A DNA stretch of 64,000 nt from IMG/VR virus record IMGVR_UViG_3300044799_000708, one strand, 5' to 3'. Under the pieces are notes generated by a model. That model saw only the letters and a program-made list of their open reading frames with translations. It was not told the origin of the DNA and ran no database searches. This document shows positions 9,802 through 19,476 of the stretch, in pieces (the stretch's first letter is position 1; each line of letters starts with the position of its first letter). Position numbers and translations under genes: made by a program. The DNA comes from a virus. Its lineage: Duplodnaviria > Heunggongvirae > Uroviricota > Caudoviricetes.

Positions 9802-10170
9802 CTATATCACCTTCTTTAATTTCTCCAATCCCTTTATTTTTCCAGTTTTTTCATCAACTTTCAAATTTATGAATTTCTTTCCTGTCGGTTGCCAGCTTGA
9901 AGCACCGAAAATGGGGTCAGGCTCGTATTCTATTTCCTGCCCTATGACATTTTCGTATATCTTTTTGCTTGAAACATATGGGAATTCTTTGGAGGAAATA
10001 TCGAAAGCTGAATCAAGCCCATCTCTCATGGGTCTCCAGTCGCCTCGTATTATTGTTATTCTGCCTTTCGGCTTTCCTTTGACAAATCTATCTGCTACAT
10101 TTATTTGCCATATAGTTCCCAAATCATGGACTTCGACTATTACGCCTTTCTTTTTAATATGATATGGCAT
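9802..10170 (-). CDS. hypothetical protein (122 aa)
   Basis: Array member; ends LKKVI. Confidence 0.5.
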   Translation of the reverse strand: MPYHIKKKGVIVEVHDLGTIWQINVADRFVKGKPKGRITIIRGDWRPMRDGLDSAFDISSKEFPYVSSKKIYENVIGQEIEYEPDPIFGASSWQPTGKKFINLKVDEKTGKIKGLEKLKKVI

Positions 10171-10185
10171 ATTATCACATCTCCT

Positions 10186-10371
10186 TTATATCACCCTTTT
10201 GAGTTTTTTCTGACCCCATTTTGTATTTTTAAGATTCTCAAATATGCTATCAACCTCTTTAGTTGTCATATGTTTTCTCATATCTATTGCAAAATCCTTT
10301 GAGGTTAATCCATATCTTTCCATCTTTCTTATCAAATATTCTTTCTGTGACATTCTTTTGAGTTTTTTCAT
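10186..10371 (-). CDS. hypothetical small protein (61 aa)
   Basis: Array member; ends LKRVI; three further ORFs under 60 aa (including a CHKC..CPLCG zinc ribbon) fill 10372..10838. Confidence 0.5.
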   Translation of the reverse strand: MKKLKRMSQKEYLIRKMERYGLTSKDFAIDMRKHMTTKEVDSIFENLKNTKWGQKKLKRVI

Positions 10372-10827
10372 CAGACCACCATACCCATTTTTTTAGCCTT
10401 TTTGCGGAATTGCCTGCGTAACAATTTTATTTCATAAACATTTTTTTTGCTAATACAGAAATCTAATGCCGAAAGGAATCCCCTCAAATATATTTTATCA
10501 TATTGTGTAACTTTTCTCATATTATATCACTCTTCCTAATTTTTTGACCCTATATATTTCGAAAGCGTGTGCCTTGTCGAGTTTCCTTGTAATTTTTTCC
10601 GCCTTTGTTTTGGATGAATGCCGTGATAATGTTTCCCAGTGTGGCTCATCCCATCGGTTAAGGATTTGAACTGCATATTTTTTCTTCATCTTTCTTTTCA
10701 TTATATCACCTTCAACATCTTCAACATCTCAATCTCGGTGTTCCGCAAAGGGGGCAGTATGTTGAAGTATTTATTCCTCCTTTTGCTTTTACTTCGTATT
10801 CTTTTTTGCATTTGTGGCATTTGGTCA

Positions 10828-11235
10828 TCATATTACTCTCTCCAGTCCTCTTGTCGATAACGGCAGTTGTATGGGTTTTGCGATATATGGTTCTACGAAA
10901 TCGACATCTCTGATGATGTCCTGCTCTATCATCACTGACTTTTGGTCTAACTTTGTTGCTGTTTCCTTTGCCAAATCATGCATGAATTCCCAGTCTGTCT
11001 TGAAAATCAAGCGATGGTCTTGTCCTGCTCTGACATCCCTTGCAGATACCAGCAGAAAATTGTCGTCATAGACCGCTTGCTTTGTTTTCGGATTCTTCCA
11101 GTATCCCCTTATCATTGGGAATATAGTTACTCCTTCAAAGTGACTCACCATTTTATCGGCTACCTTTTCCATTTCCTCCCTTTTCGATATTGGTATTATG
11201 ATTTTGAATGTCCTCTCGTTTGGTGCATAGCCCAT
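10828..11235 (-). CDS. hypothetical protein (135 aa)
   Basis: Array member; ends LERVI. Confidence 0.5.
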   Translation of the reverse strand: MGYAPNERTFKIIIPISKREEMEKVADKMVSHFEGVTIFPMIRGYWKNPKTKQAVYDDNFLLVSARDVRAGQDHRLIFKTDWEFMHDLAKETATKLDQKSVMIEQDIIRDVDFVEPYIAKPIQLPLSTRGLERVI

Positions 11236-11420
11236 TCATATCACCCTTTTGAGTTTCTTTATTCTCTTCAGATGTTCAGCCTGAACTTGAATAAAAGCCC
11301 TTTCCATATCATTAAGCTTTTCCTTTCTGAAAAATTTTTCTTTTATATTCTCAAGCATAGCATTCTGCCATTTAAGTGAACCGAATTTATATTTTTTGGG
11401 GTCTTCCATTCATATCACCT

Positions 11421-11687
11421 TTATATTATATGCGCCAACTGGTATGCTCTCACATCATCCAGTTTCTTTGCATGTTTTTCCATCAGCTTTCTTTTCTTCC
11501 ATGACCAGTCAACCATTCCGTCTATGATTTTTGTTCCCTGTATCACGAAATTCTCTATGAATCTCATATCCTTTTCTGGTATTTTTTGCCCAAATTTAAT
11601 TCTGAAATTAATGTCTTCCCATATTGAAGGAGGGCGATATAGTTTTGCATATCTTTCTGGATGCTTTTTTGCCTTCTTTTTTGCCAT
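11421..11687 (-). CDS. hypothetical small protein (88 aa)
   Basis: Array member. Confidence 0.5.
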   Translation of the reverse strand: MAKKKAKKHPERYAKLYRPPSIWEDINFRIKFGQKIPEKDMRFIENFVIQGTKIIDGMVDWSWKKRKLMEKHAKKLDDVRAYQLAHII

Positions 11688-11870
11688 TTAAATCACAGAC
11701 ATTATTTTATTTCGGATTCTCTCCCATTTTTCTATCGCTTGAAGATTAACCAAGCCTTCCCTGTTTATCGCTACCATATCTTTTTCCACATTTCGCACAG
11801 GAAAGCGCAGGGCATCGATTTTTAGTTCCCTTAAGGCATCTGTCAGCAAATGCTGTTCAACTATGTCCAT
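11688..11870 (-). CDS. hypothetical small protein (60 aa)
   Basis: Array member. Confidence 0.45.
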   Translation of the reverse strand: MDIVEQHLLTDALRELKIDALRFPVRNVEKDMVAINREGLVNLQAIEKWERIRNKIMSVI

Positions 11871-12160
11871 TATACAACACCTCTTAATTTTTTCAGTAGG
11901 TTTCTTCCTTTCGTGCTTGTAAACGGTATGAATTCTATCGTAAAGTTTCCATCATGTCTGCCAACCTTTCTGAATTGCCTTAATCTTTCATCAATCGTAT
12001 ATCCTTCGAAGCTCGATAATTCTCTCATCATATCACCTTTTTTAATTTCTTGTATCTTTTTTCTTTTTTCAGTAAACGCATATGACAGACTGCGTGTTCT
12101 GGTTGAAGGTGTTCTTCGCACCAAAGTATAACTCCTTCTATGCTTTTGCAAACACCGCAT
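11870..12160 (-). CDS. hypothetical small protein (96 aa)
   Basis: Array member; ends LRGVV. Confidence 0.5.
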   Translation of the reverse strand: MRCLQKHRRSYTLVRRTPSTRTRSLSYAFTEKRKKIQEIKKGDMMRELSSFEGYTIDERLRQFRKVGRHDGNFTIEFIPFTSTKGRNLLKKLRGVV

Positions 12161-12183
12161 CTTGTTGGTATCATCATATCACC

Positions 12184-12438
12184 TTACATAGCGAATGCCT
12201 TATGGAATTTTTCCATTTCCCTTTCTTTTTTAATCTGTTCTATCTGCATCTGGTGATTGAGCATGATGTCATATGCCTTGTCGAAATCTTTATCGCAGTT
12301 GGCAAGATTTTGTTTAATTTTTTTACATCCTGCCTTTTTTGTTAGTTCTCCCATAGTTTTCTTTCTGTCATCAACGCTGGCGACAAATATTTTATCGCCA
12401 CCTATTATGCTCATGTCATTTTTAATTCCAAGCATCAT
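12184..12438 (-). CDS. hypothetical small protein (84 aa)
   Basis: Array member; MM start. Confidence 0.5.
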   Translation of the reverse strand: MMLGIKNDMSIIGGDKIFVASVDDRKKTMGELTKKAGCKKIKQNLANCDKDFDKAYDIMLNHQMQIEQIKKEREMEKFHKAFAM

Positions 12439-12674
12439 ATCACCTTTTTTATTTTTCCCCTTTGTCTTTCTACATAGTCATGTATGGCTTGAATTTCTCC
12501 TTTGGTCATGGCTATCGCACCGCCACCGATTACTGACATTGGCAATGCTTCTCCGATAAGAGAAGATGGTATAGATGCACCAAGACCAATTGCCCCTAAA
12601 CCCATCAAATATGTGGTTAAATTTGGATGTTTTTTGACGAATTTTAACAATTTTCCTTTTTCATTTATTTTCAT
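12435..12674 (-). CDS. small glycine-zipper membrane protein (79 aa)
   Basis: GLGAIGLGASIPSSLIGEALPMSVIGGGAIAM; ends IKKVI. Confidence 0.5.
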   Translation of the reverse strand: MKINEKGKLLKFVKKHPNLTTYLMGLGAIGLGASIPSSLIGEALPMSVIGGGAIAMTKGEIQAIHDYVERQRGKIKKVI

Positions 12675-12866
12675 TTATATCACCTTTGCCATTTTCCTTT
12701 TCGCCATATTTATGAAATCCTTCGGATGTTTTTTGAAGACTTCCAGTTTTCCTTTCAGACAGTCGTATCTGTCAGGCATTTCCTTGTAATTCAGGCAGTC
12801 CTCGAATATCCACTCGATTACTATCTGGATGTCCTCTTTGGTTATCATTACATCACCTCTTGCCAC
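12675..12866 (-). CDS. hypothetical small protein (63 aa)
   Basis: Array member; ends MAKVI. Confidence 0.45.
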   Translation of the reverse strand: MARGDVMITKEDIQIVIEWIFEDCLNYKEMPDRYDCLKGKLEVFKKHPKDFINMAKRKMAKVI

Positions 12867-12981
12867 AACTTCGTCAATAATGAAAGTCTTTCTGGTCTTG
12901 CTTCTACCTTTATTTTTTTCATTCCTTTCATTCTGGCATAGTCCAATAGACCGTGCCTTATGACCAGTCTTGTTCTTTCCA

Positions 12982-13215
12982 TTATATCACTTTTTTTATT
13001 TTTTGCACAGTTATCTCCATGCTCATTGGTATGGTTTCTGCATATGACGACATCGTAATTAGGTCAAGTTTTACTTTATGCAATGTCGATTCAATATCAT
13101 TAAGAATCGTGCTTACTGTTCCCATAGAAGTGATATTTTTAACTTTGAATTGCATGTATTCCTTGTATTTCTTATGTTCTTTTTCTCTTTTTATTTCAAG
13201 TTTTGTTTTTATCAT
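12982..13215 (-). CDS. hypothetical small protein (77 aa)
   Basis: Array member; ends IKKVI. Confidence 0.5.
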   Translation of the reverse strand: MIKTKLEIKREKEHKKYKEYMQFKVKNITSMGTVSTILNDIESTLHKVKLDLITMSSYAETIPMSMEITVQKIKKVI

Positions 13216-13562
13216 ATTATTTTCGCCAATTTTATCTTCATATCTGGAATCTCTATGAAATTATTATAATCCTTTACAATCTGACTGCTTATTTCCTTGA
13301 ATTCCTTTTTGGCTATGTCATAGAGACCGCTTTTGTCATAATCGCCAACAACTACAATCCTATCGCCTGCCCATCTTCCTGCTGATGGATAAGGTTTCAT
13401 TATGTCTCCACCGCCACCTTCGCTGCTTTTCCTCAAAAGCAAGGGGAAAAGTCTTGTGGGATTGTTTGCTGATATTTCCCAAAGTTTTGCACCGCAGCCA
13501 AGTCTATGTGGATGAATATATTCCTTTTTGTCAAGATTTACAATTAGAAAATATTGTCCCAT
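13212..13562 (-). CDS. hypothetical protein (116 aa)
   Basis: Array member; ends LAKII. Confidence 0.5.
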   Translation of the reverse strand: MGQYFLIVNLDKKEYIHPHRLGCGAKLWEISANNPTRLFPLLLRKSSEGGGGDIMKPYPSAGRWAGDRIVVVGDYDKSGLYDIAKKEFKEISSQIVKDYNNFIEIPDMKIKLAKII

Positions 13563-14015
13563 TCATATCACCTTCTTTAATTTATCCTTTGAACGAATTG
13601 TTTCCCATTTTCCAATATCCGTTGTGGATTTCCATGAGCCTGTTCTGCTTCTTACCTTTATTTCTCCAGTTTTTGTATTAATGTCATACTCGTATTCAGC
13701 CCAGTCATCATAATGCGAAATGTCACTAATATCATAATCTTCAGCAGAAACTACAAAACCACGCCTTATTCCTTTTTTTATTTTTTCTATTGGAAGTTTG
13801 TGTTTCTTTACAAGGTATTCCTCACGTTCTTTTTGCAGTTCTTTCAGAACGATTTTGTCAGCAAAATCTATTATATGTTTTTTGGCAACGCTCATTATGG
13901 ATTTAATCGTTGGTCTTGCTTTTTTCAGGTCTTCACCAAGACCTTCTGGATTACCATCCCAGTGCGTTGCAAATATCGGCTTTCCATCAATCTTAATCAT
14001 CGCTCTTGTTCCCAT
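13563..14015 (-). CDS. hypothetical protein (150 aa)
   Basis: Array member; ends LKKVI. Confidence 0.5.
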   Translation of the reverse strand: MGTRAMIKIDGKPIFATHWDGNPEGLGEDLKKARPTIKSIMSVAKKHIIDFADKIVLKELQKEREEYLVKKHKLPIEKIKKGIRRGFVVSAEDYDISDISHYDDWAEYEYDINTKTGEIKVRSRTGSWKSTTDIGKWETIRSKDKLKKVI

Positions 14016-14222
14016 TTACATCACCTTCTTTAGTTCATTTTTTACGTCTTTCAAAAACCTTATCATCTGATTTATGCCCTTTATGTCCAGATATAATCTT
14101 TCTGGTTCTTTTGGATAACCTATTGAAACTATTGCTTCTTTTGTGGTTTCAAAATCGTGGATTCTGAATGAAACTGGTGTTCCAACTTCACCGATTTCCA
14201 CTTTTTCATTTTGTTTTACCAC
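14016..14222 (-). CDS. hypothetical small protein (68 aa)
   Basis: Array member; ends LKKVM. Confidence 0.5.
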   Translation of the reverse strand: MVKQNEKVEIGEVGTPVSFRIHDFETTKEAIVSIGYPKEPERLYLDIKGINQMIRFLKDVKNELKKVM

Positions 14223-14375
14223 TCATACCACCTTCTTCAGCTTTTTCAGTTCCCTGATGGATTTTTTGTCCCTCTTTATTCCCATTTTTGCTTCTGAAAT
14301 GTCTTCTTTCAGATGGGCGATTAGGTTTCTGATTATCGCTTTCTCTATCGCCTTCTTCATTTAACCACCTTTATT

Positions 14376-14642
14376 CTATAATATTTTCTTCAGTCCAGTA
14401 GGAACTTTTGCTCTCGGATGCCTGTAAAGTATTCCGTGAACAAATTTCCTTACATGAGGGTCTCCAACCGCTATGTCCTTTTTGCTGACGAGGAAAGCCT
14501 GCGTTTTCCATTTTCCGCTTTTCTTCAGGCACGCTATCCTCTTGCTGTGACCTTTTCTTCCTATATCATGTGTTCTACAGGTCACAGTTCCCTTTGGCGA
14601 AGACACTCTTATGTGGACATACTTGCTTCTCGATTTTATCAT
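14376..14642 (-). CDS. highly basic small protein (88 aa)
   Basis: K/R/H-rich: SKYVHIRVSSPKG..RKGHSKR..; ends LKKIL. Confidence 0.5.
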   Translation of the reverse strand: MIKSRSKYVHIRVSSPKGTVTCRTHDIGRKGHSKRIACLKKSGKWKTQAFLVSKKDIAVGDPHVRKFVHGILYRHPRAKVPTGLKKIL

Positions 14643-14655
14643 CTATATCACCTTT

Positions 14656-14853
14656 TTACCAAACACTTTTGAGTTTCTTTTTTGATATTGTCTTGCCCAT
14701 GTCTGCCAGCGACTTCATTTTCTTTTTCTTGCCGTATTTTGTATACATCTGCGATAGGGATTTTCCTTCGAATTTTCCTTTTTTCCCACGCTTTGCTCTG
14801 TCAAGCACGCTTGGCATTCTTACAGCCTGTTCCATTAAACTTATTCTTTTCAT
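14656..14853 (-). CDS. highly basic small protein (65 aa)
   Basis: RAKRGKKGKFEGK..KYGKKKKMK; Lys-rich. Confidence 0.45.
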   Translation of the reverse strand: MKRISLMEQAVRMPSVLDRAKRGKKGKFEGKSLSQMYTKYGKKKKMKSLADMGKTISKKKLKSVW

Positions 14854-14865
14854 ATTTTACCTCCA

Positions 14866-15360
14866 TTATATTATTTTCTTTAGTTTCATCAATTGCTTTT
14901 TTCTTATTGCTTCGACAGGTATCAGTTCCCCTTTTCTTTCCTTCTTCAAGACCTTTATGGCTTTCTGGAAAGCCCTTTTTGCCTCTGCCCTCTTTGGTTC
15001 TTTTGCGTATTTCCTTCTTGCAACCTGCGTTGCCAGCATTCCAAGCCAAGACCTTCCTGTTATCCCCGACTTTTCGAAGACACTTCTCCATTCGGCTTCG
15101 GTTAATGCGGATGGGTGCTTCTCATAGCCGAGTGCCTTGAAGACCGCATATTTCATTCTGCCCTTTTTCAGGTCTGGCATTCCTCTCGGTCTTAAAGACC
15201 TGCCGACTGCGCCTATGTCCTTTATGTAGAATTTTGTTCTGGAAACACAGAATGGCTTTATTTTTGTCGCAGGGACTTTTACTCCGCCCTTTCTTTTATA
15301 TGCCTTTCTTGCATATCCTCTTTTGCAATATGCTTTCCTATGCACCAATAATCTTTTCAT
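14866..15360 (-). CDS. highly basic protein (164 aa), possible nucleic-acid-binding
   Basis: HRKAYCKRGYARKAYKRKGGVKVPATKIKPF...; about 30% K+R; ends LKKII. Confidence 0.5.
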   Translation of the reverse strand: MKRLLVHRKAYCKRGYARKAYKRKGGVKVPATKIKPFCVSRTKFYIKDIGAVGRSLRPRGMPDLKKGRMKYAVFKALGYEKHPSALTEAEWRSVFEKSGITGRSWLGMLATQVARRKYAKEPKRAEAKRAFQKAIKVLKKERKGELIPVEAIRKKQLMKLKKII

Positions 15361-15597
15361 TTACATCACCTTCTTTATTCTCTTTTTCCAGATTTCTCCT
15401 AATTTTTTCTTTAATTCCTTTTCATCTATAAGACTTGACCCAACTATACCTCCAGCCGTTGCTAATGACAAAGGAACACCAATAGCAGGTTCTGTTAAAA
15501 GTAATGCTAATGGCACTCCTCCTAAACCAGCACCAGCCAGTTCTGGATAATACCTTTTTAACATTTTTTTTATTTCTGGTTTTTTCATATGTTCCAC
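15361..15597 (-). CDS. small glycine-zipper membrane protein (78 aa)
   Basis: AGAGLGGVPLALLLTEPAIGVPLSLATAGGIVG; ends IKKVM. Confidence 0.5.
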   Translation of the reverse strand: MEHMKKPEIKKMLKRYYPELAGAGLGGVPLALLLTEPAIGVPLSLATAGGIVGSSLIDEKELKKKLGEIWKKRIKKVM

Positions 15598-15954
15598 CTA
15601 TTCTATATACGTCAATTTCTCCTTTGATTTTGCAGTTATTTGTTTTTCGGGCAACTGCTCACTGGCTTCTTGCATAGCCTCCATCACCATTCCGATTTTT
15701 TTCTCCGCTTCCTTTAGCATCAAATCAATTTCGCAAAGGGAATATCCTATTGCGAATTCATTTACGCCCCTTTTCTGCATAAGCTTTATGAATTCTGTTT
15801 TTTTCTCTCCACCGCTTTTCTTTAGCAAATCAAACATTTCACTCACATTCAGCCCGACAACATCATGCGGTGAGAATTCCCCCTTTTTATCAACTGTTTC
15901 CACGAAATCCTTGCTCGTCATTCCAAGTTTTTTTTCTATTTTTTTCTTTTCCAT
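15598..15954 (-). CDS. hypothetical protein (118 aa), paralog of 18391..18756
   Basis: Alignable with the 18391 ORF; both end K-L-T/S-Y-I-E. Confidence 0.5.
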   Translation of the reverse strand: MEKKKIEKKLGMTSKDFVETVDKKGEFSPHDVVGLNVSEMFDLLKKSGGEKKTEFIKLMQKRGVNEFAIGYSLCEIDLMLKEAEKKIGMVMEAMQEASEQLPEKQITAKSKEKLTYIE

Positions 15955-16098
15955 ATCATATCACCAGTCCCATTTTGCGTTTAAGGTATCTTTCACGCTC
16001 TCGTTCTTCTAATGTTAATTCTCTTTTAGGAAGAGCGAGCAAGTCTACCAGTTCCAGTTTTTCCTTTTGTGTCAGCCCCTTTCTTTTTGACCCTTTCA

Positions 16099-16284
16099 TT
16101 ATATCACCTTTTTTATTTTTTTCTTCCATTCTTTGGCAAGTTTTTCTGCTTCACGTTTACTTGGAAGAACATCTGCATCAAAGACGACAAGACTTCCATC
16201 TTTCTCCTTGTAATATCTTCTCGTCACCCATGCAGGTGGAGAAAGTTCATCATCATAGTATACATCGACATATGTTTTCTTCAT
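16099..16284 (-). CDS. hypothetical small protein (61 aa), copy 1 of exact duplicate
   Basis: Identical protein and DNA to 19976..20161. Confidence 0.55.
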   Translation of the reverse strand: MKKTYVDVYYDDELSPPAWVTRRYYKEKDGSLVVFDADVLPSKREAEKLAKEWKKKIKKVI

Positions 16285-16298
16285 TTTATATCACCTTT
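16101..16298. repeat. 198-bp segment duplicated exactly at 19978..20175
   Basis: Nucleotide-identical; contains a whole 61-aa gene; both ends lie in the tatatcacc junction motif. Confidence 0.8.
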
Positions 16299-16454
16299 CT
16301 TATTTTTCCTATAATTCTATTCAAATTTCCTATTGTTGTTTCAAAATCTTTCTTGAAATAAGCTGAACGCTCATCGATGTCGCTTCTTTTTATTTCATTT
16401 AAAATTTCAATTAAATCATTTGCTTCTGTTTTTGTTAAATGAATTACTTTCATA

Positions 16455-17147
16455 TCAAATCACCTTTTCCAATTTTTTGACGAAATGTGCCTTTTCCCAT
16501 GTCTTTATTTTTTCAAGTTCACCATGAACGAAATCCTCGAATTTGTGTATGTCTTTTTCGATTTCTGCCTGCAGTTTCTTGTTTCTTATGAGTTTTTCTG
16601 CGACCACGCCTGCGACAATGGGTGAGGAAGCAATTGCCCAAGCAAGCGGTGGGTTTACTGCTTCGAGTTCTTCAACCAATGGCATAAGGAACTGCGTGCC
16701 TACCACTGTTGACCCCACGAAAGCATATGGATAGTCTTTTGCCTTAATCCTTTGGACATAAAGAGGATAATGGATTATTGGAATCATGCCGAAAATAGGC
16801 ATTTTTGCCTGCTTCTGGACATGGAGAATTTGCCCTTTTACCGCTTTGTCTATTCCTATGAACAGGTTCTTTTCTTTGTCGTGGGCATATCTGTCACCCT
16901 TAATATTGGCATAGATGTCAAAACCCTTCACCCTTTCTTTTACCTTTTTGAAGAATGGAATTCTTGTATCTATGTCCATTTCCTTTGTTACTTTCAACCT
17001 TTTGTGCCAGTTCTCTTCGCCCATGCCAATAAGTTCCCCTGTCTCTTCATCGAGGACATAAGGCAGTTTTTTCTTTGTGTCCAAGAATCTTATACCTGCT
17101 TCATCTGATATACCTGCAAGTTCGTATCTGAATTCCTTTCCCTTCAT
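16455..17147 (-). CDS. hypothetical protein (230 aa)
   Basis: Array member; ends LEKVI. Confidence 0.55.
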   Translation of the reverse strand: MKGKEFRYELAGISDEAGIRFLDTKKKLPYVLDEETGELIGMGEENWHKRLKVTKEMDIDTRIPFFKKVKERVKGFDIYANIKGDRYAHDKEKNLFIGIDKAVKGQILHVQKQAKMPIFGMIPIIHYPLYVQRIKAKDYPYAFVGSTVVGTQFLMPLVEELEAVNPPLAWAIASSPIVAGVVAEKLIRNKKLQAEIEKDIHKFEDFVHGELEKIKTWEKAHFVKKLEKVI

Positions 17148-17443
17148 ATAACTTCCTCAAGTCTTTCTTTTCCTTTCATGCCAGCCTGCCAAAAAGAGCC
17201 TCCGTATAATTTCTTTTCTTTAAGACTCCATTTGGTCATCAATGCACCTAATCCGACAGCACCAGCACCTATGACTATTTCTGGGTTCAGACCTGCAAGG
17301 AAAACGGAAGATAGCCCTCCTTCCATGACTGCCATATCGATTAGGTCATTGTGTTTTCTGTAGAATTCCCTTATTTTTGCTGGCTCATGCTTTATTTTTC
17401 CGAATTCTCTGTTCAGGAATTCTATGATTTTTCTTTTGTCCAT
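17144..17443 (-). CDS. small glycine-zipper membrane protein (99 aa)
   Basis: EGGLSSVFLAGLNPEIVIGAGAVGLGALM; ends LEEVI. Confidence 0.5.
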   Translation of the reverse strand: MDKRKIIEFLNREFGKIKHEPAKIREFYRKHNDLIDMAVMEGGLSSVFLAGLNPEIVIGAGAVGLGALMTKWSLKEKKLYGGSFWQAGMKGKERLEEVI

Positions 17444-17594
17444 TAGATTACCTTTTTCAATTTTTCTATAGTTATTTTTACATCTTCAATGGTCTTTTCT
17501 TCCCATTTATTCCATTTTATATTATCATGCGGAAAATCCATTATATCTTCAATTTCTGTTCCCTTTTTGAATATTTTTGATATTTTTTGGGGCA

Positions 17595-18014
17595 TCATAT
17601 CACCCTCTTCAATTTATTATCTTTGTAACTGATGCGAATATTATTGAAAACTGCATCCCTTGCCCTTTTAATTAATGTTGGTGTGAGAAATTCTTTTGGT
17701 TGTTCCTCTGTCCCTGTTTCAAAACTCGTAATAAATGGTGCTTTTCCGAATACTATTTTATAGTCGTGGGCGAGTCCGTTATAATCTGCAACAAGACTTC
17801 CGATTTTTTCAAGGATGTATCCGTGTCTTATCAGTGGCTCTAAATCGCCTTTCCATTTGGCAACCTCCATTATTATTCCATTTGCCCTGTTCACCATAGA
17901 TGTCGAAATGGCTATGCTTTCATTTATGGCAGGAACATTGGGGATTCTATTTGCGTGTTCCGATAGTTTTTCGAATTTGATATTTGCGGATTCAATGTCG
18001 TTTTTGGTTATCAT
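17595..18014 (-). CDS. hypothetical protein (139 aa)
   Basis: Array member; ends LKRVI. Confidence 0.5.
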   Translation of the reverse strand: MITKNDIESANIKFEKLSEHANRIPNVPAINESIAISTSMVNRANGIIMEVAKWKGDLEPLIRHGYILEKIGSLVADYNGLAHDYKIVFGKAPFITSFETGTEEQPKEFLTPTLIKRARDAVFNNIRISYKDNKLKRVI

Positions 18015-18133
18015 ATTAAACCACCTTTCCGATTTTCTTGCTTATCTTTAGCTTTTCATTAAGGTTTGCCTGTTTGAAAGGCAAATTCCATAGCTTTAAG
18101 CTTTTGATAAATTCCGAATGCCATCCTGCCATA

Positions 18134-18385
18134 TCAAATCACCCTTCTTAATTTTTTTCTATCCAGTCTTTCTATTTCTTTAAGCGTATCTGCCATTTCC
18201 TTGCTGCAAAAATCAAGTTCTGTTTTTAACTGGTTTCTCACCTTTCTGAAAGGTTCTGCTCTGATACCTACTCTTTTTGAAAGTGAATCGAAATGCTCAT
18301 ATTCGCTGGCTGTTTTGTTTTTCATTCCAAGCACTTCTCCAAAATACTGAACCAACCTTTCCCTTTTATCTGATTTTTTCATCAT
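18134..18385 (-). CDS. hypothetical small protein (83 aa)
   Basis: MM start; ends LRRVI. Confidence 0.5.
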   Translation of the reverse strand: MMKKSDKRERLVQYFGEVLGMKNKTASEYEHFDSLSKRVGIRAEPFRKVRNQLKTELDFCSKEMADTLKEIERLDRKKLRRVI

Positions 18386-18390
18386 ATCAC

Positions 18391-18756
18391 CTATTCTATA
18401 TATGATAATTTTGCTTTATCTCTGTCAATTTTTTGTTTTTCAGTTGTGCCTGCACCCATCATGGTTTCTGCGAGTTTTCTTAACATTGGGTCTGATTTCA
18501 TTTGTTCAAGCATTTTCTGTTTTTCTTCTATTTCCAAAACAGTTTGGGTAGCCATTCTCGAACTCCATCCCCATGAAAAATCAGTCATTCCCATTGCCTT
18601 GAAATCTTGGACAACATCGCTCAAAGTATTATGTTTTTTCAATACGTCAATAAATTGCATTTTATCTATTCCAATAACTCGGCTATCATCCAAAGGTTCT
18701 TTCTTTTTTAATTTGTTTATGAATTGTTCACCAGTAATACCTATTTTTTCTTTCAT
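18391..18756 (-). CDS. hypothetical protein (121 aa), paralog of 15598..15954
   Basis: Shared ..F..LKK.. core and C-terminal KLSYIE. Confidence 0.5.
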   Translation of the reverse strand: MKEKIGITGEQFINKLKKKEPLDDSRVIGIDKMQFIDVLKKHNTLSDVVQDFKAMGMTDFSWGWSSRMATQTVLEIEEKQKMLEQMKSDPMLRKLAETMMGAGTTEKQKIDRDKAKLSYIE

Positions 18757-18972
18757 TCAAATCACCTTCTCCAAAGCACTACGAATTCTTGGATTGTTCA
18801 TCGCCTGTTCATGGGGCGAAAATCCATACCTATCAAGTTCATCCTGCGTTATCGTGAAGGTTATTGGAATCTGCATTCTTACAGTTCCATGAGGCTCTAA
18901 CATTCCAGTTTTTGGGATATGCCTTTCTTCCTTTCGTTTCTTCAATATATTTTTTATGAATCCCAATGCCAT
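18757..18972 (-). CDS. hypothetical small protein (71 aa)
   Basis: Array member; ends LEKVI. Confidence 0.5.
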   Translation of the reverse strand: MALGFIKNILKKRKEERHIPKTGMLEPHGTVRMQIPITFTITQDELDRYGFSPHEQAMNNPRIRSALEKVI

Positions 18973-19221
18973 TTAGACCACTTTTTTTAATTTCTTTCTT
19001 GCAGAGAGTTTTCTATCCAGTTCTTTAATCAATTCAGGTCTCTTTTTTAGTTGTGGATAATCCCCTCTATGCGCTAACACGGCAACCCAATAGTCATGTA
19101 TATCATGCTTCAGCCCTTTGATATTCATCGCATGAAAACAGGTATTGCAAGGATAACCTGTATGTTGTATTTCACAACCAGTCTTTGCGACCAATTTCTT
19201 TCTGAAAATTTCTTTATCCAT
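18973..19221 (-). CDS. hypothetical small protein (82 aa), Cys/His-rich
   Basis: CEIQHTGYPCNTCFH..; ends LKKVV. Confidence 0.5.
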   Translation of the reverse strand: MDKEIFRKKLVAKTGCEIQHTGYPCNTCFHAMNIKGLKHDIHDYWVAVLAHRGDYPQLKKRPELIKELDRKLSARKKLKKVV

Positions 19222-19451
19222 TACACCACTGCCTCCAATTTCCTTGCCTTCACCTTTTTTATTTTGTATGCCATCTCTCCCAACCGTATTGCTGGCATAT
19301 CTCTAAATATACTGCCCTTTGGTTGGCTTTTTGCCCATTTTTGATATTTTGCCTCATATCTTTTCTTTGCCTCTTCAGCCTGTTCTTTGGTTGGATAAAT
19401 TTTTTTGGGATACCATTCAAATTCATCCATTTCTTCAAGAACAAATGCCAT
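19221..19451 (-). CDS. hypothetical small protein (76 aa)
   Basis: Ends LEAVV. Confidence 0.5.
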   Translation of the reverse strand: MAFVLEEMDEFEWYPKKIYPTKEQAEEAKKRYEAKYQKWAKSQPKGSIFRDMPAIRLGEMAYKIKKVKARKLEAVV

Positions 19452-19476
19452 ATCAAATCACCTTTTTTCCTTTCAT

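Noticed and set aside
10713-10730. Tandem 9-mer ttcaacatc x2
   Set aside because: Only two copies, inside or adjacent to a small zinc-ribbon ORF end; too short to call a repeat element.
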